The position numbers and the translations under genes are program-made. 44,259 bases of DNA. It comes from Caldisericota bacterium. GTDB taxonomy: Bacteria; Caldisericota; Caldisericia; UBA6126. Positions 27,959 to 38,995 of the stretch are shown piece by piece (position 1 is the stretch's first letter; each line of letters starts with the position of its first letter). The notes under the pieces are model-generated. The model was given only the letters and a program-made list of their open reading frames with translations. It was not told the origin of the DNA and did not search any database. The stretch spans positions 1 to 44,259 of the forward strand of contig PXBT01000214.1 in NCBI GenBank assembly GCA_003566815.1, read 5' to 3'.

Positions 27959-28548
27959 TTTTTTTGTTTCTTCTTTTTGGTTTTCTTTTCACTCTGTTTG
28001 ATGATAGGAAATTTTCCTTCAGTTTTGGCAATATACACAAGAAACGCTGCAATCATCAAAACCAGTAAAATAACCAAAACCCATGCGCTGGTCATCCAAT
28101 TACCTTCAGGTCTTGCAGGCATTCGATCTTCATCTTCTTCAGGGCTATCCTGGATTGATAAATCAAGACCATGATCAATCATGGGAGGAGGATCGAGAGG
28201 GACCGGTTCACCCATCTCCTCAGAAAGTTCAAATTGCTGATCTCCTTCACCAATTCTTAAAGGACTTGTCTCTGTGATAGGCGCAACTTCTGGAAAACCT
28301 GAATCATCAGTATCTGATGAAAGCGTAATTTCGGTAGGAACCGGGTCAGGCAATCCACCTTGTTGCTCTGCCATTTCATAAGGAGTCATGATGTCAAATA
28401 TAGTCTCATCATCTTCTTCTGAAGCTGATGTTGCGTTAATGCTCATTGATAAATCAGAGGCATATACAGGAGCAAAAATGCTTATTGAAAACATGAAAAC
28501 CAGAAGCAATGAAATCCATAAAGTAGTTTTTTTAAAATATTCAATCAT
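27955..28548 (-). CDS. Hypothetical exported protein: acidic/Pro-rich body, C-terminal TM and Lys-rich tail
   Basis: Signal peptide ending VYA, a D/E/P-rich middle, TM AWVLVILLVLMIAAFLVYIA and tail KKTKKKKQKK. SD GGAGGT. Confidence 0.78.
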   Translation of the reverse strand: MIEYFKKTTLWISLLLVFMFSISIFAPVYASDLSMSINATSASEEDDETIFDIMTPYEMAEQQGGLPDPVPTEITLSSDTDDSGFPEVAPITETSPLRIGEGDQQFELSEEMGEPVPLDPPPMIDHGLDLSIQDSPEEDEDRMPARPEGNWMTSAWVLVILLVLMIAAFLVYIAKTEGKFPIIKQSEKKTKKKKQKK

Positions 28549-28637
28549 ACTTACCTCCACAACAAAATCTGCCTTTTAAAAATACTTCTATTATATCTTA
28601 CCCTATTTTTCACAGAAAATTAATACTTTTTTTAGCA

Positions 28638-28665
28638 TTGAAAGCCATTAAAATTTTGCTATGCT
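28638..28665 (+). promoter_or_regulatory. Sigma70-type promoter for tRNA-Val
   Basis: TTGAAA-N16-TATGCT with a TG extension. Confidence 0.6.
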
Positions 28666-28687
28666 TTTATTGTTTCCTATAAAGTGT

Positions 28688-28762
28688 GGGCGGTTAGTTC
28701 AGAGGTAGAACGCTTCGTTGACACCGAAGAGGTCAGAGGTTCAATTCCTCTATCGCCCACCA
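28688..28762 (+). tRNA. tRNA-Val (GAC)
   Basis: Acceptor stem GGGCGGT/ATCGCCC, anticodon arm CTTCG-TTGACAC-CGAAG, T-arm AGAGGTTCAATTCCTCT, ending ACCA. Confidence 0.96.
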
Positions 28763-28830
28763 TACCTTTAGAACTTTTTCTCATTCGCTTATTGATATAT
28801 CAATTGTTTATGTTTATATTATTAGCCTGT

Positions 28831-29673
28831 ATGAATAATGAAATGAACGATAAACACGATTTGGATAAAATGGATGCAGGAGAAAAAAAGCGTTTTGTTC
28901 AATACCAAAAGCTTATTGCCTCTGACTTAAAGCAATTCCTTAAAAAGAAGGCCTACCCCCAAATTGCTGCTTGTTTCAGAGATCCTGTGCTGAGTCATCA
29001 AATTTTAGCAATCAAAGCTTTTACCTCTCTTTATGAAGAGTTCAATGAAGAAACAGACAAACTTCTTGATGTTATGCTTCGATCTTTTCTTTCCAACCAA
29101 AAATTTGTTGCCATAACTTTGCTGGTCAATATCTCTTTTACTCATCCCGATTATGCTTTCCCAAAAATTGCCAAACATGCCTCTCAAAACAAGGAATTGG
29201 TGGAAATAGTTTCAGATGCTTTGAAAGTTAAGTGGCAGGATCGTCAACATGATTTGATTGATCAATTCATTCAATATTGGGACCTAAAAAATCAACACAA
29301 CCTTAAAAAAGTTGCAATAATGAGCTTAAACCCTCATAGTAACGAAGAAACCGACAAGATGCTCGATTTTTTAAGCATATTTATGCATGAATCCGATGCA
29401 TTTTTGCAAAATCAAATTGCTATCAAAATCAAGGATCTTTATGTCCGAGAGCCCTATTTTGTGGAATCAAAAATGCGTGAATGGATGAAGGACATTGACC
29501 CCGTTCATGGGTCTCAAATCGTAGTACTTGCTTTTAAGGAGATCAACAAGCGTCAGGATCCCAACCTATTGGATCGCACTTGTCTCATCCTTGAAAATTG
29601 GAGCAAAAATGCCACTCCAACTATTCAGGAAACTGCATTAAAAGTTCTTTCCATACTTAAGGAAAGAAGATAA
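28831..29673 (+). CDS. Hypothetical all-alpha protein, possibly HEAT/ARM repeat
   Basis: About 280 aa from ATG 28831; the longer ORF call overlaps the tRNA. Helix-turn patterns resemble HEAT repeats. The family is not recognised with confidence. Confidence 0.7.
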   Translation: MNNEMNDKHDLDKMDAGEKKRFVQYQKLIASDLKQFLKKKAYPQIAACFRDPVLSHQILAIKAFTSLYEEFNEETDKLLDVMLRSFLSNQKFVAITLLVNISFTHPDYAFPKIAKHASQNKELVEIVSDALKVKWQDRQHDLIDQFIQYWDLKNQHNLKKVAIMSLNPHSNEETDKMLDFLSIFMHESDAFLQNQIAIKIKDLYVREPYFVESKMREWMKDIDPVHGSQIVVLAFKEINKRQDPNLLDRTCLILENWSKNATPTIQETALKVLSILKERR

Positions 29674-29677
29674 GCCT

Positions 29678-30961
29678 CTATCCTTCTTCCATTTTTGACT
29701 TCATATCCTGCTTGAGCCTTTTAATTGCTTTTGCTTCAATTTGACGAATTCTCTCTCTTGTTACATTAAATATCCTGCCCACATCCTCGAGAGTATGGGG
29801 CTTAATATTTTCCAGCCCAAATCGAAGTCTCAGGATTTCTCGTTCTCGTGGAGTTAAAGAATCAAGCACTTCATTGAGCTGAACCTTGAAATGTTCATCG
29901 ATCACTTTTTCTTCAGGAGAAGAAACCCTCTTATCTTCGACAAAATCACCCAGACGATTATCTTTATCACTTCCCAAAGGAGTTTCCAATGAAATAGGTT
30001 CTTGAGAAACCTTCAGATATTCTCTCACTTTTTTCAGAGGCATTTCCAATTTTTTAGCGATTTCCTCATGAGTGGGCTCTCTGCCCAACTGCTGGTAAAG
30101 TTGGCGTTCCGCTCGTTGAATTTTATTGATAGACTCGACCATATGCACAGGCACTCTGATGACTCTTGATTGATCTGCCAAAGCACGGGTTACAGCCTGC
30201 CTTATCCACCAGGAAGCATAGGTTGAAAACCTGAAGCCTCTTCGATAGTCATATTTTTCAACTGCTCTTATCAAACCCACATTTCCTTCCTGAACCAGAT
30301 CAAGAAAAGAAAGAGAATGTCCTGTATATTTTTTTGCAATACTCACCACCAACCGAAGGTTTGATTCAATCAGTTTTTGCTTTGAAGTAATTTTCCCTTC
30401 TTCTATTTCTTTGGCAAGCTCAATTTCCTGGTCAAATGTGAGCAAAGGGATTTTCCCAATATCCTTCAAATACATTTTGATGGGGTCCTTTAAATCTATT
30501 TCTTCTTCGAAAAGGACTTCTTCGGTTTCATAGGTAGTTTTGCTTTCGGTGCTTTTTTCATGATTGGCACCTGGCTTGGGACCAAACTCTATCCCTTCAT
30601 CATCCAGCATATCGTACATCAAATCAATTTCCTCAGGAGTCAGTTTGATATCCTCCATCAAATCCATTATTTCTTCATAGGAAAGAATATCTCCAACTTC
30701 GTGCGTTTTAAGCAGGTAAATAAATTCGGGAAGAGAGCGAAGTTTTTCTTCTTTTAGCTTTCTTTCTTTCAAATGGCTCAAAGGCTCCATTTTTTCATAT
30801 TGCTCCACTTTTTCCATTTCTTCGGTTGTTTTTTTGGATTTTACTGCTTTTGATTCCTTTTTCTCAGGCTTTTTCTGTTTTTTTTCAGCTTGTTTTGTTT
30901 TAGATGCTTTGGAAGTTTTTTTTACTGTAGTTTTTTTCTCAGGCTTTTTTTCATTAGACAA
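29678..30961 (-). CDS. rpoD: Primary RNA polymerase sigma factor (RpoD/SigA)
   Basis: [39 protein letters not shown] and [10 protein letters not shown]; downstream of dnaG. Confidence 0.96.
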   Translation of the reverse strand: MSNEKKPEKKTTVKKTSKASKTKQAEKKQKKPEKKESKAVKSKKTTEEMEKVEQYEKMEPLSHLKERKLKEEKLRSLPEFIYLLKTHEVGDILSYEEIMDLMEDIKLTPEEIDLMYDMLDDEGIEFGPKPGANHEKSTESKTTYETEEVLFEEEIDLKDPIKMYLKDIGKIPLLTFDQEIELAKEIEEGKITSKQKLIESNLRLVVSIAKKYTGHSLSFLDLVQEGNVGLIRAVEKYDYRRGFRFSTYASWWIRQAVTRALADQSRVIRVPVHMVESINKIQRAERQLYQQLGREPTHEEIAKKLEMPLKKVREYLKVSQEPISLETPLGSDKDNRLGDFVEDKRVSSPEEKVIDEHFKVQLNEVLDSLTPREREILRLRFGLENIKPHTLEDVGRIFNVTRERIRQIEAKAIKRLKQDMKSKMEEG

Positions 30962-32711
30962 TTCTTTTCAACTCCTCCCTCAACTGCTTGCTTAAAGAAA
31001 TATTCCCCTCTTTTTCCGCTTGAATAATGTGATCTTTCAATTGGAGCACCTTATATTTTTTTACCTTATTTTCTTCTGTTTTTAAAATACACTCAAGCAC
31101 AGCAGTATCGTTATAAAAACCTTCCTCAATAAAGAAAAGTTCAGAAACCCATCGCTTCATTTCATCATCAGGCAAATGCATCATCCATTCTTTACTTAGT
31201 AAATACCCATTTTTTTCATATTCTTTCTTTAAAAAAGAAAAAAGTTTTTGACCTTTCTCATCCGCAAAGTCATTTTCTTCAATTTTTAAAAAAATCATTT
31301 CATGAAAAGCGTGATCTGTCTTTTCGATTAGCGATTTTAAAATAATTCTTTCTCCGTCAAGTGATGGAATATTGCCTTTGGTTCTTTTTTTTGCCGGTGC
31401 TGATGGAGATCGGACTGTTGCATCACCACTCTTCAGGCGACGCAACCGATCATGCAAAATACGAATGGAAAGACCAGTGTCAAGGGCGACTCGTTTTATG
31501 ATGCTTTCTGTCAACATGTCCTCGGGGAATTTAGAAACTTTCTTCATCAAAGTCATTACAGTCTGCTCCATCCACTGTGGATCTTTTCCTTTGGCCTGCG
31601 CCCATAGGGTATCCCACAAAAAATCCCATGGATCCAATGCTTTTTGAGACAATTCTTTCCAGGCTTCGATACCCTTTGCTCGAATAAAATCATCAGGATC
31701 TTTGAATGGAGGAGGTATATTGATTACCCCACAAGCCAATTGCATGGAAAGCATAAGCTCCACCGAACGAAAAGTCGCTTGAACTCCTGCAATATCATTG
31801 TCAAAGCAAAATAAAACTTTCGAAGCATATCGAGAAGCAAGTCTGGCCTGCTCAGAGGTAAAAGCCGTACCCAACGAGGCACAGACTTCCTCAACTCCAT
31901 GCTGATACAGAGAAATAGCGTCCATATAGCCTTCTACTACAATTAATTCGCATTTATCTCTCAATATTTTGTTTTTCGCATGACTTAAACCGAAAAGATG
32001 CTTTCCTTTTTGAAAAAGTGAGTGTTCGGGACTATTTAAATACTTTGGAAGAGCCTCTTGATTAAATGATCGTCCTCCAAAGCCCACCACCTGCTCCCTG
32101 GCATCAAGGATAGGAAATAGAATTCGGTTTCTGAAATAGGGAAACCATCGCCCCATAGAATCTTTTTTTATCAGACCCAGATGTTGGCATGTTTTCAGAT
32201 CAAATCCCTTTTGCTCCAACATATCCACAAGATCTTTATCCTCATTGGGAGCATACCCCAGAGAAAAAAGTCTGGCCGTATCAGGTTGGATGCCTCTCTT
32301 TTGCATATACTTTTGAGCTGATTCATTTTCATTGTATTTTTGCTGGCAATAAGTCATGAAAAAATGAAGAACCGACTGCATTTCTTTTTTTATTTCTTTT
32401 TTTTCTACAGAGCGGTCGCTCCATGACATAGGAGGCAATCCAGCCTTTTCGCCCAGCATGTCCACTGTTTCTTTAAAGTCTAATCGTTCATATTGCTGAA
32501 CAAAAGCCAATAAATCGCCTCCCGCATGACAACCAAAGCAATAAAAAATTCCTTTTTCCCGGCTGATAGAAAATGAAGGTGTTTTTTCTGCATGAAAAGG
32601 ACAAAGTCCCACCCAGTTTCTTCCTGCTTTTTTTAATGAAATATGTTTTCCAATATACTCAACCACATCGATCTGATCTTTAATGCGCTGAATATACTCT
32701 TCCAGATTCAT
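30954..32711 (-). CDS. dnaG: DNA primase
   Basis: [11 protein letters not shown]...CFGC, KYLNSPE, VEGYMD, FDNDIAG and KDPDD. Confidence 0.98.
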   Translation of the reverse strand: MNLEEYIQRIKDQIDVVEYIGKHISLKKAGRNWVGLCPFHAEKTPSFSISREKGIFYCFGCHAGGDLLAFVQQYERLDFKETVDMLGEKAGLPPMSWSDRSVEKKEIKKEMQSVLHFFMTYCQQKYNENESAQKYMQKRGIQPDTARLFSLGYAPNEDKDLVDMLEQKGFDLKTCQHLGLIKKDSMGRWFPYFRNRILFPILDAREQVVGFGGRSFNQEALPKYLNSPEHSLFQKGKHLFGLSHAKNKILRDKCELIVVEGYMDAISLYQHGVEEVCASLGTAFTSEQARLASRYASKVLFCFDNDIAGVQATFRSVELMLSMQLACGVINIPPPFKDPDDFIRAKGIEAWKELSQKALDPWDFLWDTLWAQAKGKDPQWMEQTVMTLMKKVSKFPEDMLTESIIKRVALDTGLSIRILHDRLRRLKSGDATVRSPSAPAKKRTKGNIPSLDGERIILKSLIEKTDHAFHEMIFLKIEENDFADEKGQKLFSFLKKEYEKNGYLLSKEWMMHLPDDEMKRWVSELFFIEEGFYNDTAVLECILKTEENKVKKYKVLQLKDHIIQAEKEGNISLSKQLREELKRIV

Positions 32712-32742
32712 TTCAGCCTTTCATGTAATACATCAACAGTGA

Positions 32743-35370
32743 TTATTGTTTTCTCTTTATAGCTGAATGAGCAGCCGCGACTCTGGCTACAGGAACTCTG
32801 AAAGGAGAGCAGCTCACATAGTCCAGTCCCACCTCATGGCAAAAATCAATGGAATCAGGATCTCCCCCATGTTCTCCGCAAATTCCTAGTTTTATCTTTT
32901 TGTTGACCTTTCTTCCTTCTTCCACTGCCAATTTTACCAGCTTTCCCACTCCAATTTTATCCAAAGTGATGAAGGGGTCTTCTTTGAGAATTTTCAGCTC
33001 AAGATATTCGGGTAGAAACTTGTTGATATCATCTCGCGAAAAACCATAAGTCATTTGGGTTAAATCGTTGGTGCCAAAGGAGAAAAACTCAGCAGTTTGA
33101 GCAATTTCGTCAGCAGTTAAAGCTGCTCTTGGAACCTCAATCATGGTGCCTATTAAATAGTTAATAGTAATTCCATATTCTTTCATAACTTCTCTGGCTG
33201 TTTCATCAATAATATCTTTTTGCATCTTGAACTCTTGATGAGTTCCCACCAAAGGAACCATTATTTCAGGCTCAATGTGCATGTTTTCATTTTTTGTCAA
33301 ATCGCATGCAGCCTGGATTATAGCTTTTGCCTGCATACGCGTTATTTCAGGAAAAGTAATACCCAGTCTGCATCCTCGATGCCCCAGCATAGGATTAACT
33401 TCTTTCAAATTTGCAATTTTAGCCTTTATTGTTTCAGGATGAGTGTCGAGTAATTTTGCTAATTCTATGATGTCTGTTTCTGATGAAGGCAAAAACTCAT
33501 GCAGAGGGGGATCCAGCAATCGAATCGTGACTGGAAGGTCTTTCATGGCTTTAAAAATACCTACAAAATCTTCTTTTTGCATGGGCAGAATTTTTTCCAA
33601 AGCTTTTTCGCGAACTTCCACTGAATCAGAAAGAATCATTTCTCTAACTGCTTTTATGCGATCGCCTTCAAAAAACATATGCTCAGTTCGACACAAACCT
33701 ATGCCTTCTGCGCCAAAAGATCTTGCCTGAAGGGCATCCCTGGGAGTATCCGCATTGGTCCTTACTTTTAAAGTTCGAAAAGCATCGGCCCATTGCAACA
33801 AAGCATCAAACTCATCGCCAATTTCAGGATCAATGACAGGCAAAGCACCCTTGAACACTTCTCCTGTTGATCCATCAATGCTGATAATATCTCCTTCTTT
33901 AATTTTTTCTCCTGTTTTGGAGGAAAATGTTTTTGTTTCTTCCACGATATGAATATCATCTGCGCCTGAAACGCAACACTTTCCCATTCCTCTTGCCACC
34001 ACTGCCGCATGAGAAGTCATGCCTCCCCTTGCAGTCAAAATGCCTCGAGCGCAATGCATGCCTTTGATATCTTCGGGAGAAGTCTCTTCGCGCACCAGAA
34101 TGACTTTTTCTCCTTTTTCTGCTTCTATTTCTGCGTCATCGGCGGTAAAAACCACTTTCCCAGTAGCAGCTCCAGGAGAAGCAGGAAGACCTTTGGCTAA
34201 AAGTACAAATTTGGTTTTTTCTTTTTCGTCAAAGCGTTGGTGAAGCAATTGGTTTACCTGGTCGGGATTGACCCTTAGAATAGCTTCTTCTTTTGTTAGA
34301 ATGCCTTCATGGTGCATGTCATGAGCGATTTTGATTGCTGCTGCGCCTGTTCTCTTGCCTTTTCGTGTTTGAAGCATATAGAGCTTTTCATTTTCAATCG
34401 TAAATTCTATATCCTGCATATCTCTATAATGCTTTTCGAGTCTCCGACAGGTATCCAAAAGCTGTTGATAAGCTTGAGACATTTTAGTTTCCAGTTCATG
34501 AATTTTTTTCGGGGTTCTGATGCCTGCCACAACATCCTCTCCCTGAGCTTTAAACAAAAACTCCCCGTACAATAACGGATTTCCTGTGGAGGGGTCTCTC
34601 GTAAAGCAAACTCCCGTGGCAGATCGTTCATTCAGATTGCCGAAAACCATACATTGCACATTTACGCCTGTACCTATCAGGCCTTCTATTTTGTTGAGCT
34701 TGCGATATACTTTGGCGCGCTCATTATTCCAGGATTTTACAACAGCATCAATGGATTCCATTAATTGAACCCAGGGATCCTGAGGAAAAGGTTTTCCTTT
34801 ATGGGTTACATAGAGCTCTTGAAAATCTTTGATAATTTCCTGCAAATCCTCCACGCTCAATTCATTATCCTGCGTAGCCCCTCTTTTAGCCTTGACTCTT
34901 TGAAGTATTTTTTCAAAATATTCATGCTTTATTTCATATACCACATTGCCAAACATTTGAAGCAATCTTCGATAGGAATCAAACACAAAGCGCTCTTTGG
35001 ATGGATCTTTTCCCCATTCTTTTACAATGACATCATTGAGCCCCAGGTTAAGAATCGTGTCCATCATACCTGGCATGCTTGCCACTGCTCCGGATCGTAC
35101 AGAAACCAACAAAGGATTTTGAGGATTTCCAAACCCTTTTTCAGTCTTTGTTTCAAGTTGCTGTAAATGGCTTTTCACTTCATCATCCAACTGCTCCGGA
35201 TACTGATGATTATGATCATAATAATATTTGCAGACTTCAGTTGAGATGGTAAAGCCCGGAGGCACAGGAATGCCCATGTGAGCCATTTCAGAAAGACCCG
35301 CGCCTTTTCCTCCAAGAATTTCTCTCATCTGACCTGAACCTTCTTCAAATTGATAAACATACTTTTTCAT
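32743..35370 (-). CDS. ppdK: Pyruvate, phosphate dikinase
   Basis: LGGKGA, LLVSVRSGA, GGMTSHAAVVAR, GLCRTEHMF, EFFSFGTNDLTQ and ICGEHGG. Confidence 0.98.
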   Translation of the reverse strand: MKKYVYQFEEGSGQMREILGGKGAGLSEMAHMGIPVPPGFTISTEVCKYYYDHNHQYPEQLDDEVKSHLQQLETKTEKGFGNPQNPLLVSVRSGAVASMPGMMDTILNLGLNDVIVKEWGKDPSKERFVFDSYRRLLQMFGNVVYEIKHEYFEKILQRVKAKRGATQDNELSVEDLQEIIKDFQELYVTHKGKPFPQDPWVQLMESIDAVVKSWNNERAKVYRKLNKIEGLIGTGVNVQCMVFGNLNERSATGVCFTRDPSTGNPLLYGEFLFKAQGEDVVAGIRTPKKIHELETKMSQAYQQLLDTCRRLEKHYRDMQDIEFTIENEKLYMLQTRKGKRTGAAAIKIAHDMHHEGILTKEEAILRVNPDQVNQLLHQRFDEKEKTKFVLLAKGLPASPGAATGKVVFTADDAEIEAEKGEKVILVREETSPEDIKGMHCARGILTARGGMTSHAAVVARGMGKCCVSGADDIHIVEETKTFSSKTGEKIKEGDIISIDGSTGEVFKGALPVIDPEIGDEFDALLQWADAFRTLKVRTNADTPRDALQARSFGAEGIGLCRTEHMFFEGDRIKAVREMILSDSVEVREKALEKILPMQKEDFVGIFKAMKDLPVTIRLLDPPLHEFLPSSETDIIELAKLLDTHPETIKAKIANLKEVNPMLGHRGCRLGITFPEITRMQAKAIIQAACDLTKNENMHIEPEIMVPLVGTHQEFKMQKDIIDETAREVMKEYGITINYLIGTMIEVPRAALTADEIAQTAEFFSFGTNDLTQMTYGFSRDDINKFLPEYLELKILKEDPFITLDKIGVGKLVKLAVEEGRKVNKKIKLGICGEHGGDPDSIDFCHEVGLDYVSCSPFRVPVARVAAAHSAIKRKQ

Positions 35371-37394
35371 AGTGTTTTTCCTCCTTCAAAAACAATTCTG
35401 GATAAATCAAAATATCTATTTATAAGCTGTTTTACAGCATATAACAGGCTACATCGATTTTTTCTGATATTTTCATCTTCGCTCATAACAAATACATGCT
35501 CAAAAAAATCTTCCACAGGCTGATTAAGCTCAAATAAATGATTCAGCATCTCCATATTCAATGCTGACAATTGATCCAACTTTGCTTCTATTCTTTTGAA
35601 GCTTTCATACAAGTTTCTTTCCTGATCCTCTTCAAGACTTTGAAATTGAACTTCATGTGCTGGTTTTTTCTTTACGATATTTTGTATGCGGGTATAGGAT
35701 TCACAAAGCGTACGAAATTCTTTTTTTTCTCCAACCTCGCTCAACAATTGGACCTTTTGGGCTATGTTTTTCGGGTTTTCCAGTTTGCTGACCATGGATG
35801 CCTGCACCATATCATATCTCCAATGCTGGCTTAAGTGAGCATAAACTTTTTGAGAAAACCATTCATCCACAATGCTGATAAATTTTTCCTTATCCATGGA
35901 TAAATTTAAATCACTTTCTTTATAAGCTTCATAGCAAGATTCAAAAAGCATTTTGGGTTCAAAAGGAAGCGTGCAATGGGTAAAAATTCGTATCAAGCCA
36001 TTCAAGCATCTTCGCAGTCCCATAGGATCCACTGAGCCCGAAAAAGGAATATTCCATCCTGCGGCTCCTGAAAGAGTATCAGCCCTATCCAGCGCTCCAG
36101 CCAAAACAGCCAGTTCATTATGCGGCAATGGATCTCCTTCAGATCGAGGATGATAGTGATCTTGTATTGCATCAGCAACTTCGTGTGCAACTTTTTCATT
36201 TTCTGCATAAATCCGCCCCAAAACCCCCTGGAGCTCAGGCAGTTCAGCCACAAGTGATGTTGAAAGATCATTTTTCATCAACAACAAGACTTGCTTCAAG
36301 AGAGGGTACTGACTTTCAAGGTGTAATATTTCCGCAATTTTGACAAGTCGATGGACTTTATCATATATACTTCCTATTTGTTCCATAAATATCATGGATT
36401 TTAGCTTTTCAAGGCCTTCAGACAGTGGTGTTTTCATATCCTGTTCATAAAAATACTTTGCATCATTAAGTCGAGCAGTGATCACTTTTTCAAAACCTTT
36501 TCTCACAAGGTTTTTATCTTTTTGACCATTCATAACCAGCAAAAACCCTTTGATGCTTTTATCCTCCCTTGATTTTTCCCGGGGGAAGCATTTCATCTGG
36601 TTGGAAATAACTGTATATACTATTTCATGAGGCAATCCTGAAAAACTTGAAGGGGCTGCAGCCTCAAGAACAAAAGGGCTCTCTGTTCGATTTGCATTTT
36701 CTTCCACCAACTGAGGATCTGCGTTTAAAGGTAGATGCCTTCTTATAAGATCAATTCGATCCTGCATGTCAAGAATCAATTGATGTTCTTTCATTTTATT
36801 CCAATAATCTTCCGCACTTTGAATGGGTATCTCTTCCTGCCCGTGCAATCCTCGAACAAATGACTCAGATTTAACCCCAAGCAACTCAAGGGGCAACAAC
36901 AGTGAGTCATAATAGGCGCAAATCCACCGAACCGGTCGAATAAATGAATAATTTCCCCATCGCATCTTTTTTTTAAATGGAAACCGAAGAATATACTCTG
37001 CAAAGACCTGAGTAAAAAAAGTAGCAACATTCATGTTGTCAAGGGTTACAGTGGCATAACAGTAAGCTCCCTGTGGTGTTTCTTCCTGATGCCACTGATC
37101 AGTCCCGCATCTGCTGAGAAATCCTTTCAAAGCCTGGGTTGGATTGCCTTTATCGTCCAAAGCTATTCGAAGAGGAGGTCCTTTAACTTTTTGAGTTTCT
37201 GCGGTTTGTTGTTCTTTTAAGCCTTGAGCTGAAAAAACCATCCGCCTTGGAGAAAGATGCACCTTTGATTCATCATGTTCCCATCGATGCTGTTTTAAAA
37301 AAGAAGCAAAAGATTGATCCAGCTCAATATTGAGATCTTTCATAACAGAAGAGGGCATTTCCTCCACCCCTATTTCAATGATCAGTTGCTTCAT
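35367..37394 (-). CDS. glyS: Glycine-tRNA ligase beta subunit
   Basis: IEIGVEEMP, KGPP, MRWG...FIRPVRW, ELPELQG, DPMGLRR and NR. Start reset to ATG 37394 (SD AAGGAG). Confidence 0.95.
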   Translation of the reverse strand: MKQLIIEIGVEEMPSSVMKDLNIELDQSFASFLKQHRWEHDESKVHLSPRRMVFSAQGLKEQQTAETQKVKGPPLRIALDDKGNPTQALKGFLSRCGTDQWHQEETPQGAYCYATVTLDNMNVATFFTQVFAEYILRFPFKKKMRWGNYSFIRPVRWICAYYDSLLLPLELLGVKSESFVRGLHGQEEIPIQSAEDYWNKMKEHQLILDMQDRIDLIRRHLPLNADPQLVEENANRTESPFVLEAAAPSSFSGLPHEIVYTVISNQMKCFPREKSREDKSIKGFLLVMNGQKDKNLVRKGFEKVITARLNDAKYFYEQDMKTPLSEGLEKLKSMIFMEQIGSIYDKVHRLVKIAEILHLESQYPLLKQVLLLMKNDLSTSLVAELPELQGVLGRIYAENEKVAHEVADAIQDHYHPRSEGDPLPHNELAVLAGALDRADTLSGAAGWNIPFSGSVDPMGLRRCLNGLIRIFTHCTLPFEPKMLFESCYEAYKESDLNLSMDKEKFISIVDEWFSQKVYAHLSQHWRYDMVQASMVSKLENPKNIAQKVQLLSEVGEKKEFRTLCESYTRIQNIVKKKPAHEVQFQSLEEDQERNLYESFKRIEAKLDQLSALNMEMLNHLFELNQPVEDFFEHVFVMSEDENIRKNRCSLLYAVKQLINRYFDLSRIVFEGGKTL

Positions 37395-38235
37395 TCCGCT
37401 CTCCTTCAAGAAATTTAAGGGTGCACTGTTTGACCAATTTCCTTATGATTCCAAGATATCGGGCTCGTTCAGAGGTCGAAAGTGAACCACGAGTATCCAA
37501 TAAATTAAAAAGATGAGAACATTTCAGGGCATATTCATATGCCGGGTGGATTAACTGCTGTTCAATGCAGTGCCATGCTTCACTCTGACATTGATCGAAC
37601 ATGTTGAAAAGAAATTCTGGTCTTGAAAACTCATGGCAATAGGCGGACTGTTCTTTTTCATCCATTATTCTAAGGTCGCCATAAGTGTCAAGTCTGCCCG
37701 CCTGCATATCATAAACAGAATCCTTGTCCTGAATGTAAAGCGCCAGACGTTCAATGCCATAAGTAATTTCAACTGCAGGATCCTTGAGGTCCACTCCTCC
37801 CGCCTGCTGAAAATAAGTAAATTGCGTAATTTCCATGCCATCCAGCCATACTTCCCAGCCTACCCCCCATGCGCCAAGCGTGGGAGCTTCCCAATTATCT
37901 TCAATAAACCTTATGTCATGATCTTTTGCAAAAATTCCCAGAGCTTCGAGGCTTTTCAAATAAATGGATTGAATATCGTCCGGAACAGGCTTGACAATCA
38001 CCTGCATTTGCAAATGCTTGTATACCCGATTGGGGTTGTTGGCATATCTTCCATCCGTAGGTCGCCTGGAGGGTTGAATATAACAAATACTTGCCGGGCG
38101 TTTTGACAGTACTCTGAAAAAAGTATGCGGAGCCATGGTTCCTGCTCCCACTTCCATATCAAAAGCAGGCAATATCGTGCATCCAAACTGCTCCCAGTAG
38201 TTTTCCAATTTGAATATCAATGAAGACAGGTTCAT
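37375..38235 (-). CDS. glyQ: Glycine-tRNA ligase alpha subunit
   Basis: EVGAGT, PSRRPTDGRY, EDNWEAPTLGAWGVGWEVW, QFTYFQQ and EITYGIERL. Confidence 0.98.
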   Translation of the reverse strand: MNLSSLIFKLENYWEQFGCTILPAFDMEVGAGTMAPHTFFRVLSKRPASICYIQPSRRPTDGRYANNPNRVYKHLQMQVIVKPVPDDIQSIYLKSLEALGIFAKDHDIRFIEDNWEAPTLGAWGVGWEVWLDGMEITQFTYFQQAGGVDLKDPAVEITYGIERLALYIQDKDSVYDMQAGRLDTYGDLRIMDEKEQSAYCHEFSRPEFLFNMFDQCQSEAWHCIEQQLIHPAYEYALKCSHLFNLLDTRGSLSTSERARYLGIIRKLVKQCTLKFLEGERNEATDH

Positions 38236-38238
38236 AAA

Positions 38239-38700
38239 CTATTCTTCTTTTTTGAATAAAAGTTCAACGATAGTGATTCTTTCAATAAATCCCACCAATT
38301 TTTTTTCTTCAACCACAGGAAGCTGTTTTACTCTTTGCTTATACATTATTTCCGCAGCATAAAATACAGGTCGATCTGGGTGTATAGTGATGGGCTGATC
38401 ATTCATAACTTCCTTTACTCTCGTGCCAATCATTTTGCTATATTCCTTCATCATTTCCTGACTTGATTCATAGGAACCATGAGGCCAGAGAGTAAAAATT
38501 CGTATGCCTGTCGCCTTGATTAGCAAATCCCCCTGGGTAATCATTCCTACGATGTCCCCATTGTCATCACACACGGGAAGCCCATTAATATGATTTTTTA
38601 CCATCAATGCAGCAGCTTCTTCCACTAAAGCATCCTGGTGGATAAAGAAAATTTCCTTGTTCATTATATCTTTAACAGGTAAATTTAAATTTAATGACAT
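38239..38700 (-). CDS. CBS domain-pair protein
   Basis: VKDIM...GLPV...VGMIT and VKEVM...QLPV...LVGFI. Confidence 0.93.
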   Translation of the reverse strand: MSLNLNLPVKDIMNKEIFFIHQDALVEEAAALMVKNHINGLPVCDDNGDIVGMITQGDLLIKATGIRIFTLWPHGSYESSQEMMKEYSKMIGTRVKEVMNDQPITIHPDRPVFYAAEIMYKQRVKQLPVVEEKKLVGFIERITIVELLFKKEE

Positions 38701-38879
38701 AAAATACCACCCCTTTTTTTAAACTATACTATATTTTTTACTTTTCTATTTTACTTTTTTCGAGGTTGGTTGTATATAGGTTCATTATGTTTTGAAAATT
38801 TAAAAAGGCCAGGAGATTATTATTAAAGATTTGCATTCTCTGGATATTCGATTAAACTTTTTCAATGCAACAGGATTGT

Positions 38880-38955
38880 GGGCCTGTGGCGCAGCTGGGA
38901 GCGCGCCTGCATGGCATGCAGGAGGTCACGAGTTCAAATCTCGTCAGGTCCACCA
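38880..38955 (+). tRNA. tRNA-Ala (GGC)
   Basis: Acceptor stem GGGCCTG/CAGGTCC with G3:U70, anticodon arm CCTGC-ATGGCAT-GCAGG, ending ACCA. Confidence 0.97.
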
Positions 38956-38995
38956 TTTCTTATATAAAACCCCATTCTAAAGGCAGGTAAAAGCA

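Noticed and set aside
38554..38566. GTCCCCATTGTC resembling the transposase-flanking motif
   Set aside because: It is a single imperfect match inside the CBS coding sequence and is likely chance.
38701..38879. T-box riboswitch upstream of the CBS-glyQS unit
   Set aside because: No T-box motif or antiterminator is visible; the region is just an AT-rich divergent promoter.
15079..38955. tRNAs as integration sites for islands
   Set aside because: No integrase is present and I noticed no duplicated tRNA 3' ends.
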